From contig CAZCYV010000004.1 of the NCBI GenBank assembly GCA_964503145.1, forward strand, positions 142,414 to 206,413: a stretch of DNA of 64,000 bases. The letters are read 5' to 3'. Under the pieces are notes generated by a model. The model did not search any database. It was given only the letters and a program-made list of their open reading frames with translations, and was not told where the DNA came from. This DNA comes from an uncultured Anaerolinea sp. (GTDB lineage: Bacteria; Chloroflexota; Anaerolineae; Anaerolineales; UBA4823). Position numbers and translations under genes: made by a program. This document shows, piece after piece, positions 54,271 through 62,162 of the stretch; position 1 is the stretch's first letter; each line of letters opens with the position of its first letter.

Positions 54271-55938
54271 TTGGAGGTTGCAATAGCAAAGCCTGTTTTT
54301 CTCCAGTGTGTCGAATGCGGTCACGAGCAAGCCTATCGGGCTGGCGAGCCGACGATCTGTGAATTTTGCCAGTCCTCCTGGGTGGAGGCGCATTATGATT
54401 ACCACGCTTTCAAGCGAGAGCTTTTGCGCGGATTACCCGGCCGGGCGTTCAACATCTGGCGTTACCATGATGTACTACCGATCGAGAACCCGCGCAGCCT
54501 GGATCTGGAAACTGTCGGCGGCACTCCACTATACCCGCTGCGACGCTTTGCACATGAGCTGGGCTACCGACATGTCTATGTCAAGGACGAGCGGTTCGGG
54601 CCGACCAGTTCATTCAAAGACCGCCAGGCGGCGGTTTCGGTAGCAGCGATGGTCGAGAATGGGCTCAAGGAAGCTGTCATCGCGTCGACGGGGAATGCAG
54701 CAGTGGCATATGCGGCTGCTTGCGCTCGCGCTGGAATCAAGCTTTGGGTGTTCATGACCAGTATGGTGCCGCAGGAGAAGCTGCGTGAGGTGGCGCTCTA
54801 TGGGGCAGAAGTCGTCAAAGTAAGTGGGACGTATGATCAGACGAAAGCCATTGCGGCAGAATTTGCCAAGCGGCGCGGCCTGGCGCTTGACCGTGGCGCC
54901 AGCAGCCTGCCTTCGCGCGAGTCTATGAAAACCATTGCCTATGAGATTGTCGAGCAATTAGGCTGGCGTGCCCCAGATTGGTACATTCAGGCGGTCAGCG
55001 GCGGCCTGGGACCGCTCGGAGTTTACCATGGCTTTCAGGAGCTCTATGCAATGGGTTTGATCGATCGAGTGCCATCTCTGGGGGTTATCCAGGCCGAGGG
55101 GTGCGCACCGATGGTTCAGGCGTTTCGAGACGGTCAAAGCACCGCAAAAGCTGTCACGCCGCAGACGCGAATCGCAATCCTCTCCACTGGAGATCCAGGA
55201 AAGACCTATACTTACCTTTGGAAGCTGGTCCAGCGGTATGGTGGTACAATGGAAGCCGTTTCGGATGGCGAGGCGTTCAGGATCATGCGCTCTCTGGCAA
55301 AGAGCGAAGGTCTGGCGGTCGAGCCGGCTACTGCGGTAGCTTTTGCCGGACTTTCCAAGATGATCCAAAACGATGTGTTCAAGCCTGAAGAGCTTGTAGT
55401 GGTCAATTGCACCGGGCATACTTTCCCGGTGGAGAAACACGTTTTGGGTGATCAATGGAGCGTGGATCTCAAGTTGGATGATCAGACATCACCGGTTGTC
55501 CAGGAAGGACTACAAGCCGCGCTGGAACGACTCGATGAAAAGACTACCACGGTCCTGATCATGGATGACAACCCGAATGACGCCCTGCTGGTCAGACGTT
55601 TTCTAGAGGCGCGCAAGAATTACCGTGTGTTCCAGGCTGCGGATGGAGAGGACGGATTGAGGCAGGCTCAGGAGCGCTTACCTGACCTGATCATCATGGA
55701 TTTGATGATGCCTAACCTGGATGGTTTTGGCGTGCTTCAAGCGCTCAAGGGCGACGAGCGGACAAAAGGGATACCGATCATTGTCGTGAGCGCTAAAGAT
55801 TTGACTGATTTGGATCGGGCTCGGTTGAGAGGAAATATCGAGGCGATTTATCAAAAAGGCTCGTTGCCGCCGCGGGTCTTTGTAGATCAGGTGGTGGAGG
55901 TCATCGAGCATAAACGGGAGGGCCTGGATGGCATATAA
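54271..55938 (+). CDS. Threonine synthase-like PLP-dependent enzyme fused to a C-terminal receiver (REC) domain
   Basis: Zinc ribbon CVECGH...CEFCQ. PLP lysine motif GPTSSFKDRQ (Lys codon 54616..54618) and the ASTGNAAVAYAA loop. From about aa 425 there is a full REC: VLIMDDNPND, DLIIMDLMMPNLDG, IIVVSAK. The ORF track begins at 54142 inside the kinase gene. TTG 54271 is the first plausible start after the kinase stop, and no in-frame ATG lies upstream of the zinc ribbon. The start is uncertain. Confidence 0.85.
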   Translation: MEVAIAKPVFLQCVECGHEQAYRAGEPTICEFCQSSWVEAHYDYHAFKRELLRGLPGRAFNIWRYHDVLPIENPRSLDLETVGGTPLYPLRRFAHELGYRHVYVKDERFGPTSSFKDRQAAVSVAAMVENGLKEAVIASTGNAAVAYAAACARAGIKLWVFMTSMVPQEKLREVALYGAEVVKVSGTYDQTKAIAAEFAKRRGLALDRGASSLPSRESMKTIAYEIVEQLGWRAPDWYIQAVSGGLGPLGVYHGFQELYAMGLIDRVPSLGVIQAEGCAPMVQAFRDGQSTAKAVTPQTRIAILSTGDPGKTYTYLWKLVQRYGGTMEAVSDGEAFRIMRSLAKSEGLAVEPATAVAFAGLSKMIQNDVFKPEELVVVNCTGHTFPVEKHVLGDQWSVDLKLDDQTSPVVQEGLQAALERLDEKTTTVLIMDDNPNDALLVRRFLEARKNYRVFQAADGEDGLRQAQERLPDLIIMDLMMPNLDGFGVLQALKGDERTKGIPIIVVSAKDLTDLDRARLRGNIEAIYQKGSLPPRVFVDQVVEVIEHKREGLDGI

Positions 55939-56305
55939 AATCCTTTATATCGAAGATAACCCAGACAATATGACATTGGTCAAGCGCGCCCTGGAGGCTC
56001 GAGGATATGAGTTTTTGTGGGCGCAAAATGGCCTTTCGGGCGTTTCCGAGGCGATCGAAAAGCAGCCCGATGTCATTCTGCTCGACATCAATTTGCCCGA
56101 CATTGACGGTTACGAAGTGGCGCGTCGGTTGCGATCGAGCGGAAAAAGTTCGTTGGTCTATGTGCCGATCATCGCAGTGACTGCAAATGCCCTGAGGGGC
56201 GACGCAGAGAAAGCCCTGGCAGCGGGGTGCGATGTGTATATGTCCAAACCGATCAATATTCGTGAGCTTTGGGCGCGCGTTGAAGGTTTTTTGTCTGGCA
56301 GTTAG
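55928..56305 (+). CDS. Stand-alone CheY-like response regulator (REC only)
   Basis: 125 aa with ILYIEDNPDN, phospho-acceptor in VILLDINLPDIDG, IIAVTA and the KP of YMSKPI. It overlaps the preceding gene by 11 nt. Confidence 0.92.
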   Translation: MAYKILYIEDNPDNMTLVKRALEARGYEFLWAQNGLSGVSEAIEKQPDVILLDINLPDIDGYEVARRLRSSGKSSLVYVPIIAVTANALRGDAEKALAAGCDVYMSKPINIRELWARVEGFLSGS

Positions 56306-56352
56306 CGGGCTTCGAGTTGTATACCCCCTAGCGCGCTGCGGAAAACGTCCAG

Positions 56353-57513
56353 ATGTCCTATTTAATCGATTTACAGTGCTCAGAGTGCGGTAAATCTTAT
56401 GACCCGCACACCATCCAGACATTTTGCCTGGATTGTCAGGCGCCTTTGCTGGCAGTCTATGACCTGGAGAAGGCACGCGCGGCTTTAGATCGGGATGCCA
56501 TCCGGCGGCGCCCGCGGGGGATGTGGCGCTGGCAAGAGTTGCTTCCGGTGTTCCAGGCCGAGAATCGGATCAGCCTGGGTGAGGGGGATACGCCGCTGTT
56601 GCATTTGCCGCGAGTAGGCGAGAAATTGGGCCTGTCCCAACTGTATGTGAAGGATGAGAGCCTGAATCCAACAGGATCGTTCAAGGCGCGCGGTTTAGCG
56701 GCAGCAGTATCGAAGGCCAAGGAATTGGGGATACGTAAAGTGATCATCCCGACGGCGGGAAATGCCGGCGGTGCGATGGCAGCCTATGCAGCGCGTTCGG
56801 GGATCGAGGCGTGCATCTACATGCCCAAAGATACGCCGTTTGCGAACATGGAGGAGAGCCGCATTGCAGGCGCGCAGGTCATCCTGATCGATGGGTTGAT
56901 CAGCGAAGCGGCAGGGATGGCGGGCGTCCGCGCGCGCGATGAGGGATGGTTTGACGTATCGACTTTCAAAGAGCCTTACCGCTGTGAGGGGAAGAAGATC
57001 ATGGGCTATGAACTGGCGGAGGAGTTCAACTGGCATTTGCCCGAAGTGATCGTTTATCCGACTGGCGGCGGTACGGGGTTGGTGGGGATGTGGAAAGCAT
57101 TTCATGAGCTCAAGGCCTTGGGCTGGCTGGAAGACTCGGCCATGCCGCGCATGGTCGCGGTGCAGGCAGCCGGTTGTGCACCCGTGATCAAAGCCTTTGA
57201 ATCTGGCGCGGAGTTTTGCGATTACTGGGTTGGGGCGCAAACGGTGGCTTCTGGATTGCGGGTGCCTAAGAGCTTTGCCGATCAGATCATTTTGCGCGAT
57301 CTGCGCGCCAGCCATGGTAATGCAGTAGCTGTGAGCGACGATGAATTGTTACAGGCGCAGAGTATGTTAGCAGCGATGGAAGGCATATTTGCTGCTCCGG
57401 AAGGCGCAGCAACGTTGGCGGCTGTGATTCGTTTGGCACAACAAGGCTGGGTCCATCCTGATGAACGGATCGTTTTGTTTAACACGGGTACTGGTTTGAA
57501 GTATTTGAAATAA
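56353..57513 (+). CDS. thrC: Threonine synthase-like PLP-dependent enzyme (unfused paralogue)
   Basis: 386 aa. Zinc ribbon CSECGK...CLDCQ, PLP lysine motif NPTGSFKARG (Lys codon 56683..56685), and the PTAGNAGGA loop. Assignment to genuine threonine synthase rather than another fold-type II enzyme is tentative. Confidence 0.8.
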   Translation: MSYLIDLQCSECGKSYDPHTIQTFCLDCQAPLLAVYDLEKARAALDRDAIRRRPRGMWRWQELLPVFQAENRISLGEGDTPLLHLPRVGEKLGLSQLYVKDESLNPTGSFKARGLAAAVSKAKELGIRKVIIPTAGNAGGAMAAYAARSGIEACIYMPKDTPFANMEESRIAGAQVILIDGLISEAAGMAGVRARDEGWFDVSTFKEPYRCEGKKIMGYELAEEFNWHLPEVIVYPTGGGTGLVGMWKAFHELKALGWLEDSAMPRMVAVQAAGCAPVIKAFESGAEFCDYWVGAQTVASGLRVPKSFADQIILRDLRASHGNAVAVSDDELLQAQSMLAAMEGIFAAPEGAATLAAVIRLAQQGWVHPDERIVLFNTGTGLKYLK

Positions 57514-57535
57514 GGGGCATTTCTGCTCACGGAAA

Positions 57536-57574
57536 GCATCAACCGGAGCGAGAACGTAGCGCTCCGGTTGATGC
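57536..57574. terminator. Bidirectional intrinsic terminator between convergent thrC-like and cyclase genes
   Basis: Perfect 15-bp stem: GCATCAACCGGAGCG (57536..57550) pairs with CGCTCCGGTTGATGC (57560..57574), with a 9-nt loop. TTGTTT follows on the plus strand and TTTCC on the minus strand. Confidence 0.8.
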
Positions 57575-57611
57575 TTGTTTCGCCAGGCGGAATCTCGCTG
57601 AGCTCTAGAGA

Positions 57612-58454
57612 CTACGGCAAGATGGCAAAGACGCGAGCCGGGAAACCCGAGCCGTCTTGCGGCTTGGGGAAGCTGACGACGACCAGAGCGCCAAACTCGG
57701 GCACCTTGTCCAGATTGGTGAGCAATTCAATCTGGTAGTGGTTGGTGCTCAAGATGTACGCTTCCAGTGAATAGTCGCCAACGCTGGTGGCAATGCCGGG
57801 ATCGGTGTCAGTCGGCTCATGGCCCGATGCGGTGATGTGGCGCACCTCATAGAGGTACTTAAGCACCTCCATACTCCAGCCGGGATAGTGAGCGATGCCA
57901 TTGGCGTCTTTATTCTGCATGGCCGCCATATCGGGCCAGCGTTTTGACCAATCGGTGCGCATGGCCACAAAAGCCCGCTCTGGAATCTTGCCGTACTTTT
58001 TCTCCCACATCCGAACGTCGTCCATGGTGATGGTGTAGTCAGGATTCATGGCAACTTTCTTATGCACGTCAATCACCACCAACGGCATGATCATCTCCTT
58101 GACGTCGATTTGATCCAGAGTGCGCAGGCCGCGGATGAAGTGAGCAGGCGGGTCGGCGTGGGTGCCCCATTGTCCGACGTGCGAGAAATACTGGGCGTAA
58201 AATCCTGTGCCCAGTGTGCCAGGCCCTGGGGGATTTTCGTCATACCAGAAGAGCAGCTCACGCTGCTCATCTGGGAAACCAGGCCAGTGGGGAATTCCTG
58301 GGGCGAAGGTGTGGGTCAGATCTACAAATTGCTTATTTCGGATAATGTGCCACACACCGATCAGAGCCGAACCCTTTGGCGTATAGCCGGTGATCAAGAC
58401 GACCAATAGAGCTGCTGCCAGGACAAAAATAATGATTCTTTCCTTGCTCTTCAT
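57612..58454 (-). CDS. Cyclase-family protein (kynurenine formamidase-like fold), secreted or membrane-anchored
   Basis: The FVDLTHTF...GTHADPPAHF metal-binding pattern is typical of the putative cyclase/arylformamidase family. N-terminal anchor IIIFVLAAALLVVLI. Start taken at ATG 58454 (AAGGAGGAA upstream); the ORF track extends to 58484. Confidence 0.82.
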   Translation of the reverse strand: MKSKERIIIFVLAAALLVVLITGYTPKGSALIGVWHIIRNKQFVDLTHTFAPGIPHWPGFPDEQRELLFWYDENPPGPGTLGTGFYAQYFSHVGQWGTHADPPAHFIRGLRTLDQIDVKEMIMPLVVIDVHKKVAMNPDYTITMDDVRMWEKKYGKIPERAFVAMRTDWSKRWPDMAAMQNKDANGIAHYPGWSMEVLKYLYEVRHITASGHEPTDTDPGIATSVGDYSLEAYILSTNHYQIELLTNLDKVPEFGALVVVSFPKPQDGSGFPARVFAILP

Positions 58455-58644
58455 GGCAAATTCCTCCTTTTGCTGCTTTTGCACTCAGTCGCTTCTGGCT
58501 TCTGGTTCCGCCTGGTCCGTACCCAATCACAGCAGGAGGTGATCGGCGATGTTGGCTGATTTTGGGCTAATTTATTATGCCAGAAAATCGACAAAAAATC
58601 ACGTATCATTTGTCATATTTTCGAAAGGCAGGAGCGTTGACCGG

Positions 58645-58681
58645 AAACAAAACAGCCCGGGTCGCGATAGATCCCAGGCTG
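58645..58681 (-). terminator. Candidate intrinsic terminator downstream of glyA
   Basis: On the minus strand: CAGCCTGGG, 11-nt loop, CCCGGGCTG (9-bp stem with one mismatch; 58653..58661 and 58673..58681), followed by TTTTGTTT (58645..58652). Confidence 0.6.
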
Positions 58682-58706
58682 CGTACGTGATTATGTTGGC
58701 ACGGGC

Positions 58707-60017
58707 TTATGCCGGCACCGGGAATTGTGCGCAGAGTTCGGCGACTTGCTGGCGGGTGGCTTGCTGCAGATCGGTGTTTTGTGGGTCACGCAGTATCTGA
58801 CAGATCCATTTAGCGATCTGCTGCATTTGTTGCGGCCCCATCCCACGGGTGGTGGCGCAGGGGGTGCCCAAGCGAATCCCGCTGGTAACAGTCGGCTTTT
58901 CTGGATCGTAAGGGATCATATTCTTGTTGGTATGGATACCAGACTGATCCAGAATCGCTTCGGCTTCTTTGCCGCTGACCCTTTGTTTACCGTTGACCGA
59001 TCTTAGATCGACCAGCATCAGGTGGTTATCTGTCCCACCACTAACCAGGCGAATGCCTTCATCTTGGAATGCCTTAGCGAGCGCCTGGGCGTTGTCCAGG
59101 ATACGTTGTGAGTAAGCCTTGAACTCAGGGCGCAGCGCCTCGCCGAATGCGACTGCCTTGGCGGCGATCACGTGCATCAATGGGCCGCCTTGGGTGCCAG
59201 GGAAGACCGCAGAATCGATCTTCTTCGCCAGTTCGGCCTTGCAGAGGATCATACCGCCGCGCGGGCCACGCAGGGTTTTGTGAGTGGTAGTCGTGACCAC
59301 ATCGCAATACGGCACAGGATCGGGATGCAGTTTGGCTGCGACCAGGCCAGCGACATGCGCCATATCCATCATCAAATAGGCGCTAACCGAGTCGGCGATC
59401 TGACGCAGGCGAGGAAAATCGAACCAGCGAGGATAAGCGCTGGCGCCGGCCACAATCAGCCGAGGACGATGTTCCAGCACCATCTTTGCCAGGTCATCGT
59501 AATCTAATTGTTCGGTCTCTGGGTGGACGCCATAGTGGATGAAGTTGTATAGCTTGCCGCTAAAGTTGAATGCTGCGCCATGGGTGAGATGTCCACCATG
59601 ATCGAGTTTGAGCGCCAGCACGGTATCGCCTGGCTGAATCAGGGCCAGATAAGCCGCCGAATTGGCCTGCGCGCCGGAATGAGGTTGGACATTGGCGTGG
59701 TCGGCGCCAAATAATTGTTTTGCACGCTCGATTGCAAGATTTTCGGCGACATCTACAAATTGGCAACCGCCATAATAGCGTCGCCCAGGATAGCCTTCGG
59801 CATACTTGTTCGTTAAAACGGAACCCAACGCAGCTAAAACTGCGGGGCTAACGTAGTTTTCGGAAGCGATGAGTTCGATGCCGTCTTGTTGTCGCAGCCG
59901 TTCGGCCTCAATGGCGTTGTATATTTCTGGATCTTGTTGATGCAAGACCCGACGCGGATCGACAGCCTGATCCCAGGTGGTCAGGCTTGCTGGGAATTCG
60001 CCAGGATTCGCAGACAT
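58707..60017 (-). CDS. glyA: Serine hydroxymethyltransferase
   Basis: 436 aa with [14 protein letters not shown], the PLP-lysine region [16 protein letters not shown], and overall SHMT colinearity. Confidence 0.96.
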   Translation of the reverse strand: MSANPGEFPASLTTWDQAVDPRRVLHQQDPEIYNAIEAERLRQQDGIELIASENYVSPAVLAALGSVLTNKYAEGYPGRRYYGGCQFVDVAENLAIERAKQLFGADHANVQPHSGAQANSAAYLALIQPGDTVLALKLDHGGHLTHGAAFNFSGKLYNFIHYGVHPETEQLDYDDLAKMVLEHRPRLIVAGASAYPRWFDFPRLRQIADSVSAYLMMDMAHVAGLVAAKLHPDPVPYCDVVTTTTHKTLRGPRGGMILCKAELAKKIDSAVFPGTQGGPLMHVIAAKAVAFGEALRPEFKAYSQRILDNAQALAKAFQDEGIRLVSGGTDNHLMLVDLRSVNGKQRVSGKEAEAILDQSGIHTNKNMIPYDPEKPTVTSGIRLGTPCATTRGMGPQQMQQIAKWICQILRDPQNTDLQQATRQQVAELCAQFPVPA

Positions 60018-60234
60018 TTGAGCATTCCTTTCGCTTTGTATTGTATCAGCCTATTCGGGATATCGGGTTCCAGCTTCGAGGCCCAATTCTTATCGATCGA
60101 GCCAGCAATATCAGCTCGCGACGTTGACATCAGACGACAGTTGTCTTACAACATTATTTTAGTACGGATCCGTGCTTGTGTCAAGCAATCGAGGCCGAAA
60201 TTACCCGATTACGGGGCGATTCTGCCGAAACTTC

Positions 60235-60263
60235 TTGACTCGGATAGGGAAAACAGTTATAAT
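60235..60263 (+). promoter_or_regulatory. Near-consensus sigma70 promoter of the GntR-family gene
   Basis: TTGACT (60235..60240), exactly 17-nt spacer, TATAAT (60258..60263). The predicted transcription start falls on the repeated GTCAGACGAC motif. Confidence 0.7.
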
Positions 60264-60270
60264 AAAAGTT

Positions 60271-60290
60271 GTCAGACGACTATCGTCAGA
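60271..60290. promoter_or_regulatory. Candidate GntR/HutC operator (GTCAGACGAC-TAT-CGTCAGA; core inverted repeat GACGA-n3-TCGTC)
   Basis: It overlaps the predicted +1 of the regulator promoter. A related copy, TCAGACGACAGTTGTCT, is at 60130..60146, and CTATCGTCTG is at 61115..61124 upstream of the carbamoyltransferase genes. Confidence 0.45.
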
Positions 60291-60323
60291 TATCATGGCC
60301 TATTTTCGTTGCTCCTTCTCTCT

Positions 60324-61073
60324 ATGATTCAAAGAAGTGTTCCGCTGTCTCAACAAGTGGCAAATGACATCCTGGCTTCTATCGAGGCTGGCACCCTGGC
60401 GCGCCCCGGAGATGGTTTGCTTCCATCCGAGGCCGAATTGAGTCAGCGATATGGGGTGAGCCGTGCGACCATTCGAGAGGCGCTCTCCCGGTTAGAGCAA
60501 CGCGGTGTGATTATACGTCGTCATGGGGTGGGGACTTTTGTAAACTCCCAGCGGCCGGTCATCGAGTCGGGTCTGGAACGCCTCGAGAGCCTGGATACCC
60601 TGGCTCAACGGATGGGCCTGCAAACACAGATGAAGGATCTAAGGCTCGAGGAGCGCGTTGCTACAGAAAGCGAAGCGAGGCAATTGCGAATTCCAGACGG
60701 CAGCAGCGTATTGGCGGTGTCACGGGTTATCAGCATCGGAGATAGGCGGGTTGCTTATTTGGTGGACATCGTTCCGACGGATGTTCTCAGTATGCAAGAT
60801 CTCAAGGACGGTTTTGTTGGCTCGGTGCTCGATATCTTTTTGCGGCTTGGCAGGCCCGCGCTCAGCCACTCCCTGACGGAGATTTCGATGGAGAACGCCA
60901 ATGAAATTGTCGCCAGGCAACTGAGCCTGCACAGGGGTGAGATGCTGCTTAAGTTGACTGCGCAGTTGTTTAGCCTGGATGGGCGAGTCGTGGATTATTC
61001 ACACAGCTTCTTTGTACCTGGTTATTTTCGTTTTCACGTTGTACGGAGGATTGATCCGTGCGATATTGCGTAA
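60324..61073 (+). CDS. GntR-family transcriptional regulator, HutC subfamily (wHTH plus UTRA domain)
   Basis: MIQRSVPLSQQVANDILASIEAGTLARPGDGLLPSEAELSQRYGVSRATIREALSRLEQRGVIIRRHGVGTFV is a canonical GntR wHTH. The C-terminal half is UTRA-like. The ORF track starts at 59886 inside glyA; I used ATG 60324. Confidence 0.9.
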   Translation: MIQRSVPLSQQVANDILASIEAGTLARPGDGLLPSEAELSQRYGVSRATIREALSRLEQRGVIIRRHGVGTFVNSQRPVIESGLERLESLDTLAQRMGLQTQMKDLRLEERVATESEARQLRIPDGSSVLAVSRVISIGDRRVAYLVDIVPTDVLSMQDLKDGFVGSVLDIFLRLGRPALSHSLTEISMENANEIVARQLSLHRGEMLLKLTAQLFSLDGRVVDYSHSFFVPGYFRFHVVRRIDPCDIA

Positions 61074-61184
61074 GCCGGATAAGTTAATCACGTATCTGGC
61101 CAGTCCGAGAATTGCTATCGTCTGGTCCGAGTTGGACCTTGAATTTCAACCTAAACCATACAATTACGGAGGCAAGAAACTACA

Positions 61185-62138
61185 ATGAGAAGCTTCATGG
61201 GTCGTGACATCTTATCTTTGAAGGATTTCGAGCGCCAGGAATTTTTCCGCGTCTTCGAAATCGCCAAGCAGCTCGAGCCGATTGCGCGCAATCGGCGAAA
61301 CAGCAATCTATTGGCCGAAAAGACCCTGGTGACGGCATTCTATCAGCCCAGCACGCGCACGCGCCTGGCGCACGAAGCTGCCATGCATCGTCTGGGTGGG
61401 CATGTGACCGGTTTTGCCGATGCCAAGATGACCCGCGCGGGAGATTTCTACCAGGAGTCGATCAAGGACACCGTTAAGATGCTGGAGTTCTATGGCGACG
61501 TTATCGTGATGCGCCATTTCCAGCAAGGCGCGCCGCACGAGGCGGCCAAGTGGGCTTCGGTGCCAATCATCAACGGCGGCGATGGCTGGGGCGAGCATCC
61601 GACGCAGATCCTCACCGACTTGTACACGGTGCTCGTCGAAAAGGGTCGGATCGATGGCCTGAAGTGGCTGGCGGTTGGTGATATGCGCATGCGCACAATG
61701 CACTCCCTGGGGTACGCGCTCACTCAATTCGATTGTCCGATCACCTTTGTGGCTCCGCCGGAGATGTCGCTCACGCCGGAATTCAAAGCTGAGTTGAAAG
61801 AGTACAGCCTGGATTTCAAGGAGGCCGAGCACGTCGAGCAGGCGATTGGGGACGCGGATGTGATCCTGGTCGAGCCAGTGGTGCAGCCGGATTACACCAA
61901 GTCGCGCGATGAACGGGCTGGCGATGTTGGATTGACCCCCGCCAACTACAAGATTACGCGTGAACTGCTGGCAACCAAAGCCAAGCCGGATGCGATTTTG
62001 CTCCATTCTCTGCCGCGCATGGACGAAATTCCGACGGACGTGGATATTACCCGCTGGTCGCGTTACTGGCAAGAAGCCTTCAACGGCGTAGTCATGCGCA
62101 TGGCGCTGTTGGCGCTGGTGCTGGGCGCGGTCGAATAA
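61185..62138 (+). CDS. Aspartate carbamoyltransferase-like (PyrB-family) transcarbamylase with atypical second-substrate motifs
   Basis: 317 aa, colinear with ATCase catalytic chains: STRTR, IVMRH, EHPTQ, MRTMHSL, LPRMDEI. The canonical MTRVQKER segment reads VEPVVQPDY and HPLPR reads HSLPR. Confidence 0.85.
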   Translation: MRSFMGRDILSLKDFERQEFFRVFEIAKQLEPIARNRRNSNLLAEKTLVTAFYQPSTRTRLAHEAAMHRLGGHVTGFADAKMTRAGDFYQESIKDTVKMLEFYGDVIVMRHFQQGAPHEAAKWASVPIINGGDGWGEHPTQILTDLYTVLVEKGRIDGLKWLAVGDMRMRTMHSLGYALTQFDCPITFVAPPEMSLTPEFKAELKEYSLDFKEAEHVEQAIGDADVILVEPVVQPDYTKSRDERAGDVGLTPANYKITRELLATKAKPDAILLHSLPRMDEIPTDVDITRWSRYWQEAFNGVVMRMALLALVLGAVE

Positions 62139-62162
62139 GCCCTTGTTTGAGGAGATCGAGCG

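Noticed and set aside
60018-60234. Possible riboswitch (ZTP/pfl, THF or glycine) in the glyA leader.
   Set aside because: I read the minus-strand leader and found none of the conserved cores I remember for these classes. The region is better explained by promoters and operator-like repeats. A covariance-model scan would settle it.
59886-60323. Extension of the GntR ORF (395 aa) across the intergenic region into glyA. The similar extension of the response regulator ORF at 34773..34949 is treated the same way.
   Set aside because: A near-consensus promoter (60235..60263) lies inside the supposed coding region, and the canonical GntR wHTH begins at the ATG at 60324. For 34773..34949, the REC domain begins at 34950 and the upstream part overlaps the kinase gene.
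61185-62138. Annotating the PyrB-like gene as biosynthetic aspartate carbamoyltransferase (pyrB).
   Set aside because: There are no pyrI/pyrC neighbours. Aspartate-site residues appear substituted (MTRVQKER to VEPVVQPDY). The genomic context is a YgeW-like enzyme plus carbamate kinase under a HutC-type regulator.
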